DNA of 64,000 bases from an uncultured Desulfatitalea sp. (GTDB lineage: Bacteria > Desulfobacterota > Desulfobacteria > Desulfobacterales > Desulfosarcinaceae): contig CAXXMB010000002.1 of NCBI GenBank assembly GCA_963668675.2, positions 1,536,001 through 1,600,000 of the forward strand. The letters are read 5' to 3'. A program made the position numbers and the translations under genes. This document shows, in pieces, positions 19,910 to 30,600 of the stretch. Below the pieces are notes generated by a model. It searched no databases and was not told the origin of the DNA. It saw nothing but the letters and a program-made list of their open reading frames with translations. Numbering within the stretch: position 1 is the stretch's first letter; each line of letters begins with the position of its first letter.

Positions 19910-20871
19910 CGTTGGTCATTTCCTTTCAGTCCGGATCTACCCTTGTGTTTCGAGATTCCGGGCGATGGCCACTGGCGTGCAGGCAGAGAGGTCAGGGCAA
20001 TACCGCTGAAAATCAGGGCCATACCAAAAAAATGGTAAAGCTGGAGCCGTTCGCCCAATAAACCGGCAGCCATCAAAATCGAGAAGACCGGCATCAGGTG
20101 AAAGAAGATACCGGCCCGGTTGGCACCGACCAGTTCCACCCCCCGATTCCAAAAAATATAGGACAGCACCGACGGAAACACGCAAACATAGGCAATACTG
20201 GCCAAACTCGGACCGGAAAGGGCGAATCCGCCCCGCACAGAGAGCTCCCACAGGTAAAAGGGCAGCAGAAAACACAACCCGAAGACGATCAGCCCGGTCA
20301 AAAACACCAGGGGATCTAACTGCATGGGGCGCCGCCGCAGCATCACCGAATAGAGGGCCCAGGAGATACCGGCGCCAAGGGTCCACAAATCTCCGCTGGA
20401 AAAAGCCAGATCCCGGATCACCGCCCAGTTGCCCTTTGTCAGCAAAAATACCAACCCGACCACCGAAATCAACACACCGATGATCTGCCGGCCGGCCATG
20501 CGCACGCCAAAAATAAGCCATGCCGCCAGGCCGATAAAAACAGGCACCATGGCATTGACCAACACCGTGTTTGTCGTGGTGGTCACCTGCAGGGCCGTAT
20601 AGATAAAAGCATTGAAGATGGTAATCGATGGTATACTCATCAATGCCAATGTCAGCCAATGGCGACGTACAAGCGGCCATTGCCGGATCAATCGCGGCAT
20701 CGCAAAAGGCAGCAACACCACCAGCGCCCCGACCCAACGCCAGAAGTTGAGGCTCACCGGTGGAATCAGCTCTCGGATGCCCCTGCCCAGAACGAAGTTG
20801 CCCGACCAGAACAGGACCGTCAGGGTCAGCAACAGATAGGGCAGCCACGCCGCTTGTCGATTTTGCGCCAT
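19906..20871 (-). CDS. DMT/EamA family transporter
   Basis: About 10 TM segments, FWSGNFVLGR, GDLWTL, WNRGVELVG; start placed at ATG 20871. Confidence 0.92.
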   Translation of the reverse strand: MAQNRQAAWLPYLLLTLTVLFWSGNFVLGRGIRELIPPVSLNFWRWVGALVVLLPFAMPRLIRQWPLVRRHWLTLALMSIPSITIFNAFIYTALQVTTTTNTVLVNAMVPVFIGLAAWLIFGVRMAGRQIIGVLISVVGLVFLLTKGNWAVIRDLAFSSGDLWTLGAGISWALYSVMLRRRPMQLDPLVFLTGLIVFGLCFLLPFYLWELSVRGGFALSGPSLASIAYVCVFPSVLSYIFWNRGVELVGANRAGIFFHLMPVFSILMAAGLLGERLQLYHFFGMALIFSGIALTSLPARQWPSPGISKHKGRSGLKGNDQR

Positions 20872-21091
20872 TTTCGGACCACCTCGAAGAGCGATTCTCC
20901 GCCCTTGCCCCAATTCAACACAAGAGTGTAAATGTACCATTATCGAATGAGATCGACAAGGACGAGAGTGGCTTCATTGCAACCCGTCCACCCCCCCATT
21001 TCCAGTCGCAGACCCCTGCCAGGGGAAAATACCAGAAATCAGGAACGAAAACCGGTTTCAATCTTGATCCGTATTTGGTAATCACACCATC

Positions 21092-21670
21092 ATGATGATC
21101 AAATCAGCAGAATTCGTCACCAGTGCGGTTAAGCCCGATCAGTATCCGCCTGCCGAACACCCGGAGATCGCCTTTGCAGGCCGGTCCAACGTGGGAAAAT
21201 CCTCGCTGATCAACAAACTGATCCGACGCAGACGACTGGTCAAAACCTCTTCGACGCCCGGCCGCACCCAGTTGATCAACTTTTTCATCATCAACAGCGA
21301 CTTGATGATGGTGGACCTGCCAGGCTATGGTTATGCCAAAGTGCCTGCGGCCGTGAAGAAGAAGTGGGGCCCCATGGTCGAAACCTATCTTTCGCATCGC
21401 GACACGTTAAAAGCCGTGGTTGTGCTCATGGATCTGCGCCGCACGCCCAAAGTCGAAGAGTTCAACCTCCTCGATTGGCTGCGGAACTACAGCATCACAG
21501 CCATCCCCGTATTGACCAAGTGTGACAAATTGTCCAAAACAAAGCAGAAAAAGCAACTCAACGCTGCCGCCCTGGCCCTCTCTCTCCCGGAGGAACAACT
21601 GACCCTGTTCTCTGCCAAAACCGGTATGGGACGCGATGCCCTATGGCACCGCATCAAGGCCTGCCTGTAG
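21092..21670 (+). CDS. engB: Ribosome biogenesis GTP-binding protein YihA/YsxC
   Basis: EIAFAGRSNVGKSSLIN, TPGRTQLINFF, DLPGYGYAK, TKCDK. Confidence 0.97.
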   Translation: MMIKSAEFVTSAVKPDQYPPAEHPEIAFAGRSNVGKSSLINKLIRRRRLVKTSSTPGRTQLINFFIINSDLMMVDLPGYGYAKVPAAVKKKWGPMVETYLSHRDTLKAVVVLMDLRRTPKVEEFNLLDWLRNYSITAIPVLTKCDKLSKTKQKKQLNAAALALSLPEEQLTLFSAKTGMGRDALWHRIKACL

Positions 21671-21677
21671 GAAAATC

Positions 21678-22592
21678 ATGAATATCACCCGACAACCCAA
21701 TGACTTTAACAATTTCAAATCCGGCTTTGTGGCCATCGTGGGAGCACCCAACGCAGGCAAATCGACCCTGCTCAACCGCATGCTGGGACAAAAGATCGCC
21801 ATCACCAGTAAAAAGCCGCAAACCACACGCAACCGCATCCTGGGCGTTCTGGACCGCCCCCATGCCCAGATGATCTTTCTAGACACGCCGGGCATCCACC
21901 GCGCCGAAAAACTGCTCAATGTGCGCATCGTCGAAACGGCCCTCGCAGCATTATCCGACGCCGACGTGGCCCTGGTGATGCTCGACGCCGCCACCCCCAA
22001 CAGCGACGCCGAGAACTACCTCATCCAAAAACTCAAAGAGGTCACCACCCCCACCCTGCTGGCCCTGAACAAAATCGACCTGATCCCCAAACCCGAACTG
22101 CTGCAAATCATCGATCGCTGGTCGCAGAACCACGCCTTTAAGGCAATCGTGCCCATCTCGGCCGCCAAAGGCGACCAGGTGGACACGCTGATCGACACCA
22201 TGACCGAGCTCCTGCCGACCGGCCCGCCCTTCTATCCTCCCGGCAGCCTGACCGACATGACCGAGCGCTTCATCGCCGGCGAGATGATCCGGGAAAAGGC
22301 CTTTCGTCTCACAGGTGAAGAGATCCCGTACGCCGTGGCCGTCACCATCGACACCTTCAAAGAGGAGAAAAACGGCCGCTTGATCAAAATCGAAGCGACC
22401 CTCCATGTGGAGCGCAACTCCCAGAAGGGCATCATCATCGGCAAAGGTGGAAGCAAGCTCAAGCAGATCGGCGAAGCAGCGCGCAAAGAGATCGAACGAA
22501 TGGTCGGCACCAAGGTCTTTTTAAAGCTGTTTGTGCGCGTCCAGAAAAATTGGAGCAGGGATGCGAAAGCGCTGCAACGCTTCGGCTACTGA
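21678..22592 (+). CDS. era: GTPase Era
   Basis: GAPNAGKSTLLN, PQTTRNRI, DTPG, NKID, EEIPY, QKGIIIGKGG KH domain. Confidence 0.98.
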   Translation: MNITRQPNDFNNFKSGFVAIVGAPNAGKSTLLNRMLGQKIAITSKKPQTTRNRILGVLDRPHAQMIFLDTPGIHRAEKLLNVRIVETALAALSDADVALVMLDAATPNSDAENYLIQKLKEVTTPTLLALNKIDLIPKPELLQIIDRWSQNHAFKAIVPISAAKGDQVDTLIDTMTELLPTGPPFYPPGSLTDMTERFIAGEMIREKAFRLTGEEIPYAVAVTIDTFKEEKNGRLIKIEATLHVERNSQKGIIIGKGGSKLKQIGEAARKEIERMVGTKVFLKLFVRVQKNWSRDAKALQRFGY

Positions 22593-22736
22593 CATTCACG
22601 CCTGAGACGACGCTTCATGCCGCCATGCGGCGTATCTCACCTTATCGCAATCCTCGACGTAGCGATTCTACGCCTGCGGTTGCAATAAGGCTGCGGCCTT
22701 GCCTGACGGCATGAAGCGCCGTCTCAGGCGTAAATG
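22593..22736. repeat. 144-bp long hairpin element directly after the era stop
   Basis: 33-bp outer arms CATTCACGCCTGAGACGACGCTTCATGCCGCCA / TGACGGCATGAAGCGCCGTCTCAGGCGTAAATG plus inner stems. Confidence 0.8.
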
Positions 22737-22812
22737 AACCTGTAATCCTTTTACCGGCAGCCTCAGTTCTATCCGGTTTTTGATTTTTTCAGTTATTCGA
22801 AGATAAGAACGA

Positions 22813-23015
22813 GGCGTGGTGGACGGGCGTAGGGAGGCCCCATGCATTCAGCGTATGGTTATACTGATGCTTAGATGCAGCGGAGGATCAGCGGCCCGGA
22901 CTGTTTGAGCGCAGCGAGTTTCCGGGACGCCCGTAGCGCATCTTAGTAGCGCATCTTAGCATCAGTTAAACCATTAAGCGTCGCATGGGGCCTCCCTACG
23001 CCCGTCCACCACGCC
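22813..23015. repeat. Structured ~200-bp dispersed repeat, copy 1 (MITE-like or ncRNA-like)
   Basis: Perfect 33-bp terminal inverted arms; core shared with 25851-26041; 13-bp tandem duplication at 22934-22959. Confidence 0.85.
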
Positions 23016-23059
23016 GGCGCAACCCCCTTGAGTCGATTAAAAAACCATCAGCCAAAGAT

Positions 23060-23896
23060 ATGATTCTATCCTTTCACCCCATCATCGAAGCCGACGAAAA
23101 CATCATCTGCGCCGGACGCGAAGCCGGGCCCGAGGACCTGGCAGCCATCCAGCGGGCCGAAGCGGTCATTCTGCCCCAGGGGTGCCGGGAGTCCCTCTAC
23201 CGCATGGTCCGCAACAACTGCCCCCACATCTTCCCCAACCTGGACGTCTCTTTCGACTACCCGGGAAAACGTGGCCAGATCCGACTTTTTCGGAAACTGG
23301 ATGTAACCCATCCACCCACCGAACTCTACGAATCACTGGACCACTACCATCGCTCGACATCCACCATCTCCCTGCCGGCAGTGATCAAACTCGATTGGGG
23401 CGGCCAGGGCGATACCATATTCAAAGCAGGCACCCCCAAGGCGTTGGATGAAGCCTTGCAGCGCGTCTCCGCCTGTGAAAAGACCGGACAAACGGGCTTT
23501 CTCGTCCAGACCTTCATCCCCACCCGGCATCGCTCCTTAAGGGTGACCGTCATCGGCCAACGCCAATTTGCCTACTGGCGCGTCATGCCCAACCCGGACG
23601 ACTTCGGCGCCAGCGTGTCCGCCGGTGCGCGTATCGACCACGACGCCGATCCAACCCTGGTCAGCGCCGCACGGGAAGTGGTCCACACATTCTGCCAACG
23701 GACACAACTGCAACTGGCCGGATTCGATTTTATCTTTGACCGCCGCCAATTAGCGCTCGGACGCATCGAACCGCTCATGCTTGAGATCAACTATTTCTTT
23801 GGCCGCACCGGTTTGGGCGGATCGGAGGCCTACTATCGCATCCTGACCCGGGAGGTCGACGACTGGCTGGCAGGTCTGGGATTGCAGAGGGCTTGA
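23060..23896 (+). CDS. ATP-grasp (RimK/glutathione synthetase-like) protein
   Basis: PAVIKLDWGGQG, FLVQTFIP, LRVTVIG, AGFDFIF, LEINY; the ORF-track N-terminal extension lies in the repeat. Confidence 0.85.
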   Translation: MILSFHPIIEADENIICAGREAGPEDLAAIQRAEAVILPQGCRESLYRMVRNNCPHIFPNLDVSFDYPGKRGQIRLFRKLDVTHPPTELYESLDHYHRSTSTISLPAVIKLDWGGQGDTIFKAGTPKALDEALQRVSACEKTGQTGFLVQTFIPTRHRSLRVTVIGQRQFAYWRVMPNPDDFGASVSAGARIDHDADPTLVSAAREVVHTFCQRTQLQLAGFDFIFDRRQLALGRIEPLMLEINYFFGRTGLGGSEAYYRILTREVDDWLAGLGLQRA

Positions 23897-23960
23897 TTTT
23901 TCTGCCTATTTGGATAAACTCATCTCTTTGCACAGACGCAATATAGAGAGAACGTAGCCC

Positions 23961-24296
23961 ATGGCCAAATCGAAACGCATCAGCCCCTATGCATTCGACC
24001 TGGATGCCTCGGAAATAAACACCGAACGCGGCAAAGCCCGCGAACTGAGAGCATCACAGTGGTGGAAGCGCCGTTGCGCCAAAGGGCAATGCCACTGGTG
24101 CAGAAGCACCACCCCCGCCAGGGAATTGACCATGGACCATATCGTGCCCCTGGCCCGGGGCGGCAAAACCACCAAAGGCAACGTCGTTCCTGCATGCAAA
24201 ACGTGCAACACCAAAAAAAAGCAACTGCTGCCCATGGAGTGGGAAGCCTACCTGACTTCGATCCGCAACCCTGTAAACGGAGAGAGCGATGCCTGA
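23961..24296 (+). CDS. Small HNH endonuclease-family protein
   Basis: CHWC..LTMDHIVPLARGG..NVVPACKTCN. Confidence 0.92.
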   Translation: MAKSKRISPYAFDLDASEINTERGKARELRASQWWKRRCAKGQCHWCRSTTPARELTMDHIVPLARGGKTTKGNVVPACKTCNTKKKQLLPMEWEAYLTSIRNPVNGESDA

Positions 24297-25782
24297 CGAT
24301 GAAGCGCCAGCCGGTGTTTTGATCGTTGATGACGAACCGAGAATTCGAGACGCGCTGACACGCGTGCTGGACCCCATGGGACTCACCACATTAACTGCCG
24401 GCCGGGGGGATGAGGGGCTCGACATCCTGTCCCAAAAAAAAATCGACATCGTACTGCTAGACCTGAAACTGCCAGACATCAACGGCATGGAGGTGCTGCG
24501 CACCATCTGCGACCGACATCCCCACATCGTCGTGATCATCATCACCGGTTTCGGTTCGGTCCAGACCGCAGCCGAAGCCATGCGCAACGGCGCCTACGAC
24601 CTGCTGCCCAAACCCTTTGAACCCGACCAACTGCGCATCGCCATCAACCGGGCACTGGAAAAAATGCGCCTCGAACGCGCGGCACGGCGACTCCAGCAAG
24701 AGCGCCTGCGCACCCTCTCCGATCTCTCCCTGGAGAAGAGCCGCGTCCACACCATCATCAATGCGCTGCCCATCGGCGTCATGGTCACCGACCCTCATGG
24801 AGAGGTGGTGCTCCTCAACCCCGCCCTGTCCCGGTACATGGAGTTGCCGGCCGACACCACCACCGGCCAGCCTCTGGAGGCATACATTCAGGACGAAGGA
24901 TTGCGTCGGCTGATCATAGCGTTCTCGCAGGGTTGTCACATCGACGCCGAAGAGAGCCCCACCTATGAATTCAGCATCGGCGAAAACAAGTACCTGTTCG
25001 CCCGCGGCAAGCCAATACTGGGCGACAAGGGACAGTGTCTGGGCGCTGTCGTCACCATCGTGGACATCACCGCCATGAAAGCCCTTGACCGCCTCAAACG
25101 CGAATTCGTGGCCAAAGTCTCCCACGAACTCAGATCCCCCCTCTCCACCATCCATGAGCAGCTCGCCATGGTACTTACTGATTTGGTGGACCAACTATCG
25201 GCTGCCGACGCCCACCTGCTGTCGCGCGCCAAAGAGAAGACCCAGGGTCTGATCTCCCTCATCGGCGACCTGCTCGACCTCTCGCGCATCGAATCGGGTG
25301 TGGCCAGTGAACCCACCCAGGTCCAACTGGAAGATCTGATTGAAAACATCATCTCGTTCCTCAACACCAAAGCGGCCGGCAGACAACAAACCATCTCCCT
25401 GCACCGCCCTAAAAAAGCTTTGCCTGCCATTGAAGCCGACCCGCTGGCCCTGGAGAGCATCTTCAGCAACCTGATCACCAACGCCATCAACTACACCCCG
25501 GAAAAGGGAGCCATAGAGATCGTCTTGAACGCAAGAGATGCCTCCATCGAAGCCCAGGTGAAAGATAACGGATTCGGCATGGAGAGCCGTCACCTGGAGA
25601 AGATCTTCGAACGCTTCTACCGCGTGAAGACCGACAAAACGAGATATATCACCGGAACGGGGCTGGGGCTACCCATCGTCAAAGGACTCATAGAAGCCAT
25701 GGGCGGTCAAATTCAGGTGGCAAGCGCCCCAAATGAAGGCAGCACTTTTACTGTTCTCCTGCCGATCAAAGCCGAAAAATAG
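24289..25782 (+). CDS. Receiver-PAS-histidine kinase
   Basis: VLIVDDE..DLKLPDING..KPF; SHELRSPL, NLITNAINY, DNGFG, GTGLGL; 8-bp overlap with the HNH gene. Confidence 0.93.
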   Translation: MPDDEAPAGVLIVDDEPRIRDALTRVLDPMGLTTLTAGRGDEGLDILSQKKIDIVLLDLKLPDINGMEVLRTICDRHPHIVVIIITGFGSVQTAAEAMRNGAYDLLPKPFEPDQLRIAINRALEKMRLERAARRLQQERLRTLSDLSLEKSRVHTIINALPIGVMVTDPHGEVVLLNPALSRYMELPADTTTGQPLEAYIQDEGLRRLIIAFSQGCHIDAEESPTYEFSIGENKYLFARGKPILGDKGQCLGAVVTIVDITAMKALDRLKREFVAKVSHELRSPLSTIHEQLAMVLTDLVDQLSAADAHLLSRAKEKTQGLISLIGDLLDLSRIESGVASEPTQVQLEDLIENIISFLNTKAAGRQQTISLHRPKKALPAIEADPLALESIFSNLITNAINYTPEKGAIEIVLNARDASIEAQVKDNGFGMESRHLEKIFERFYRVKTDKTRYITGTGLGLPIVKGLIEAMGGQIQVASAPNEGSTFTVLLPIKAEK

Positions 25783-25850
25783 GCCAAACACTCCAAACGT
25801 ATTCGTCGCACAAACCAGGGCCGCCCCACTCAATCACCCCCCCATAGAGC

Positions 25851-26041
25851 TGCATCGGTCAGGGTGCAGGGGGACCCCCATGCATTCAGCGTATGGTTTT
25901 ACTGCTGTTTAGGTGCAGTGTAGGAGCAGCGGTCCGCACTGTCTGAGCGTAGCGAGTTTGCGGACCGCCCGGAGCTGCATCTTAACGGCAGTTAAACCAT
26001 TAAGCGTCGCATGGGGGTCCCCCTGCACCCTGACCGATGCA
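25851..26041. repeat. Structured ~190-bp dispersed repeat, copy 2
   Basis: Perfect arms TGCATCGGTCAGGGTGCAGGGGGACCCCCATGC / GCATGGGGGTCCCCCTGCACCCTGACCGATGCA; same core as copy 1. Confidence 0.85.
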
Positions 26042-26091
26042 CCGGCGCGCTATCACCCGAACCTGCACCATCAATGTTTGTTCGATAACCG

Positions 26092-27648
26092 CTAAAGCTG
26101 GGATTCTATAGGCAGCAAACTCAGAAAGCCGATGCCAAACCGCCGCCAAAAGTTGCTATGCGGCTCGTGGGTGTATACGACCGGATTGCCGTTCTCCCGA
26201 CCGTGCCAGACAATGCGGTCGCGGCCACTCTTCCTCTTTCTGAGCGCCAAACGAAAAGCAGACTGCGCGATCGTCCTCTCAAAGGTCCGAGCCATCTCTT
26301 GGGCGATATCGGAAATATCGATCACCACCCCCACCTCGGTATTCTGGATCATGGCCCTATGGTCCAGATTCAGCGAGCCGATGAAGACCTCTTTGCGATC
26401 GAAGACAAATGATTTGGCATGCAGACTCGCCTTGGCCCTTCCCTCCCGGCCCTTTTTGGCCTTTCTCTGCTCGCGCGTCAGCATTCGGTTCATCTCGTAG
26501 AGTTCGACCCCAGCCCTCAGCAGCGCCTTACGATACTTGGCATAGCCTGCGTGCACCAGCCCCACATCGTTGGAGGCCAATGAGTTGGTCAAGATACGCA
26601 CCCGGACACCCCGCCCGGCCAGTTGGATCAGAAGTTTGGCCAACGGCTTACCGGGAACGAAATAGGGAGAGAAGATAATCACCTCCTCTTCCAACCCCTC
26701 CCAGTAGGGCTGAAGCTGTGATCCGAGGGTGAGTTCCGTCCGGCTGGTGTCCTGAAGTACTTTTTCTGGCTGATCATACACCAGCTGCGCATCGCCCCAA
26801 CCGAAATCGATCCGGTCCTCGAGAATCTGCTCCGCCACACTGGCCCGTCCCAGCACCTCAAGATAGGGAAAACCAGCCTTGCCGGAAACGTACTTTTCGA
26901 TCTGCAAGCGCATTCGCGCCACCTGGTCACGCGTTGGCGGCTTGCGCACCAGCACCCGCGCTGGATAAGCCAACTCACAGTTCCAGTACTGATCGAAAAG
27001 GGCGGAGACCTCACCCACCACAGGTCCGATGGCCATCACATCCAGGTCGGCGAAGACCAGATCGGGATTGGCATCGAAATACTCGTCACCGATATTGCGC
27101 CCACCCAGTATCGTCACTTGGTTGTCGACGGTGAATGTCTTGTTGTGCATGCGGCGTGTCACCGACCCCAGGCGGGTGACATACTGGGAAGTACGCCCCA
27201 CGTTGCGGCTGAACGGATTGAAGATCCGCACCTCGACATTGGGGTGGCCGTCCAGCGTGGCCACGCTCAAATCCCGGCCGTCCAAACCCATATCATCCAC
27301 CAGAAGGCGTACCCGCACCCCCCGGTCCGCCGCCTTGAGCAACTGATCGGTCATCAGCCGTCCGATCATGTCATCGTGGTAGAGGTAGTACTGAACATCG
27401 AGGCTGCGTTCGGCCAGATCGGCCAGACTCGCCCTGGCCGCAAAAGCGTCCAGCCCATTGCTCAACAGATGAAAACCCGATTTCCCGGGATGGGCAGACC
27501 TTGATGCGGCCCTAAGACCAGCAAGCGGAGTGTTTCCGGTATCGTTGAAGGCGCACGTTTGCGGGCGCTGGAAGTTCTCGGGCAGCGTGGCGCAGCCTGC
27601 GAGCAGCAACAGCAGCGCACATCCGATTTGGCCCCATCGACCCGGCAT
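26092..27648 (-). CDS. Phospholipase D family lipoprotein (ClsC/YmdC-like)
   Basis: Two HKD motifs (RMHNKTFTVD, LHAKSFVFD), GGRNIGDEYF, LAGC lipobox; start placed at ATG 27648. Confidence 0.92.
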   Translation of the reverse strand: MPGRWGQIGCALLLLLAGCATLPENFQRPQTCAFNDTGNTPLAGLRAASRSAHPGKSGFHLLSNGLDAFAARASLADLAERSLDVQYYLYHDDMIGRLMTDQLLKAADRGVRVRLLVDDMGLDGRDLSVATLDGHPNVEVRIFNPFSRNVGRTSQYVTRLGSVTRRMHNKTFTVDNQVTILGGRNIGDEYFDANPDLVFADLDVMAIGPVVGEVSALFDQYWNCELAYPARVLVRKPPTRDQVARMRLQIEKYVSGKAGFPYLEVLGRASVAEQILEDRIDFGWGDAQLVYDQPEKVLQDTSRTELTLGSQLQPYWEGLEEEVIIFSPYFVPGKPLAKLLIQLAGRGVRVRILTNSLASNDVGLVHAGYAKYRKALLRAGVELYEMNRMLTREQRKAKKGREGRAKASLHAKSFVFDRKEVFIGSLNLDHRAMIQNTEVGVVIDISDIAQEMARTFERTIAQSAFRLALRKRKSGRDRIVWHGRENGNPVVYTHEPHSNFWRRFGIGFLSLLPIESQL

Positions 27649-27656
27649 GCGCCCCC

Positions 27657-30600
27657 CTATATCTGTTCGCGCCCCACCGGGCCAGGCCTGCCTCGGAACC
27701 ACGCCCACAGCTTTCCGGCACTCCACTTCACATCTTCCATGATCAGATAGATCGAGGGCACCAGAGCAAGAGTGATCACGGTGGCGAAAAGCACCCCGAA
27801 CCCGAGAGAGATGGCCATGGGGATGAGAAAGCGGGCCTGGCGGGAGGTCTCGAAAATCATGGGCGCCAGCCCCCCGAAGGTGGTGAGGGTGGTGAGCATA
27901 ATCGGCCTGAAACGCATCTGGCCGGCCTGCAGGATCCCTTTGTAGGCGGTCATGCCGCTGCGCCGGTTGCGATTGGCCATATCGATGAGCACCAGCGAGT
28001 CGTTGATCACCACGCCGGTCAAGGCCACCACGCCGAACATGCTGATGATACTGAGGCTGTAACCCATGATCAGATGGCCGATCACGGCGCCGACGATGCC
28101 GAACGGGATCGAGATCATAATGATGGCCGGCTGGATGTAGCTGTTGAGCGGAATGGCCAGTATGGCAAAAATCACCAGCAGGATGGCCATCTCGCCTTTG
28201 ACGAGGGCCTGCATGCTTTCGCGCCGGTCGGCTTGCCGCCCTTCCAGGCTGTAGATCAGACCCGCATATTTGCGCTGCAGTTCGGGCAGGACGCTCCGCG
28301 TCACATCGGCGAGCACCAGCCCGGCCTTGCTGCGGGGCTGGGCGTCAGCCGATACGGTGATGATTCGCCGGCCGGCGCGCCGATCGATATCCGTATAGGC
28401 CCGTCCCCGTTTGATGTCGACGGCGGCCGACATCGGCAACTCACCGCCGGCCGGCGTGCGCAGCACCATCTCGTCGAGGTAGTACTCGGAGACGCGCTCC
28501 GACTTGGGCAGGCGCACCATCACCTTCACTTCGTTGCGCCCCCGCTGCTGCCGCAGCGCCTCAGCCCCGTAGAAAGCATGCCGCAGCTGTCCGGCAATGC
28601 CGCTGGCCTGAAGACCCAGGCTGCGCGCTTCGGGCCGCACCTGGAAATCGATCTGCTGCTTGCCGGGCGCAAAGCCGTCATCCACATCGACCACATTGGG
28701 GTAGTACGACATGGCCGCTGCCAGCTCGGCACTGGCCTTTTCCAATACCCGAATGTCCTGGTGGCTCAGCTCGATGGAGATGGCCGCCCCCCGTCCAGGG
28801 CCCCCAGCATCGGATTCGAACTTGAGCGACTCCAGGCCGGCCAGGGCGCCGACCCGCTCCCGCCACTTTCGGGTGTAATCCGTCGTGGAGATCGGCCGCC
28901 GCTCGGGCGGCGTCAGATAGACCCGCACCTCAGCGACATTGGCCCAGATCGCCGCATAAACCCCCTCGACCAGCTCCGCTCCGCCGCTCTCGGCGGCCAC
29001 CGCCCTGGCCGCCTCGACCAGGTGCCGCTCGACCGCATTGGTCTTCTCGAAGGCACTGCCGAACGGCAGGGTGGCGGTCACCATGGCATAGTCCGATTCG
29101 ATCTTGGGGAACAGCTCAAAACCCAACCGGCCACTGAGGATATATCCGATGGTGATGAGCAGCACAGCCATGCCGATCCCCAGAGAGACATAACGCCAAC
29201 GCAACACCAGGGCCAGAAACGGGCCGTAGACATTTTTAACAAACCGTATGAAGGCGGCGCTGAAGCGCTTCTGCAGCGACACCACTCCCCGGAAAATCCA
29301 GGGCGTAGCCCGCTGCTTGTGATGCCCGAGATGGGCCGGGAGGATAAAGAGGCTCTCCACCAAAGAGATGGCAAAAACGGAGATCACCACCACCGGCATC
29401 TGACGGAAAATCTTGCCCATGAATCCTGGAACGAAGAACAAGGGCATGAACGCCACCATATTGGTCAGCACGCTGAAGCCGATGGGCATGGAGATATCGC
29501 GGGCGCCATTCACCGCAGCGTGGAACCACGACTGCCCCTGTTGGCGCAGGGTGTAAACGTTCTCGCCCACCACGATGGCGTCATCCACCACGATACCCAA
29601 GGTGACGATAAAAGCGAACATGGAGACCATGTTGATACTCACATCGCCCAGGGGCAGCAGAAAAAGCGAGCCGAGAAAAGAGACGGGGATACCCAGGCTA
29701 ACCCAGAAGGCCAGACGGGGTTCCAGAAAAAAAGCCAGCAGGATGAACACCAGCACCAGCCCCAGGTAACCGTTTTTCATCAACATGCCCAGCCGTTGGC
29801 TGTAGATCTCGGAACGGTCGTTGCGCAGGTCCACCGAGAGACCGGGCGGCAGGATCTGATTCAGGTCGGCCACCACCTCCTTGACCGCCTTGGAGACCGT
29901 GATGGGCGTCTGGTCGCCGACCCGGTACACCGCGATCATCAGGGCCGACTCGCCGTTATAGGTGGTCTTGAAATCGGTCTCGACGAAGGCGTCTTTAATA
30001 TCGGCAATATCCTCGAGCAACACCTGGGTGCCGTCTTCGGCCGTCACGATGGGTATTTGCCCGAATTCACTGCCCACATCGCGCTGCTCTTTCATCCGCA
30101 GCAGGATGTCTCCTGAGGGCGACTTGATGGCGCCGCCGGGCAGGTCCACGCTGGCCGCCCGGATGCGCCGGGCCACCTCGTCGAGGGTGAGGTTGTAGGT
30201 ACGCAGGGTGCGCTGGGGGATTTCGATGGCGATCTCGAAATCGCGTGCCGATTCGAGCTCCACCTGGGTGATCTCGGGATGCTGCAACAGCCGGTCGCGG
30301 ATATTCTCGGCATAGGTGCGCAGGGTACGTTCATCCTGCTCGCCGTGAAGCGCCAGCGAGACCACATAGCGTTTGGGCGAAACAATGGTCACCGTCGGGT
30401 CCTCGGCCTCTTCCGGAAACGAGGAGATGCGATCCACCTCTGCCTGAATCTCCTGGGCCAGGCGCTGAATATTCTCCCCCTCACGCATCTCGACGGTCAC
30501 CGTGCCGATCCCTTCCCGACCGGAAGCGGTGACCTCCTCTATTCCCTCCAGGCCGCTGACCGCCTCCTCGATGGCCAGGATGATGCCGCGTTCGACCTCT

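Noticed and set aside
22985..23059. N-terminal extension of the ATP-grasp ORF
   Set aside because: Starts within the repeat arm; ATG 23060 is the more plausible start
23961..24296. HNH gene as an anti-phage or homing element
   Set aside because: No methylase, ATPase, intron or compositional anomaly around it
22593..26041. CRISPR array or complete IS element
   Set aside because: No regularly spaced repeat-spacer units, cas genes or transposase ORF
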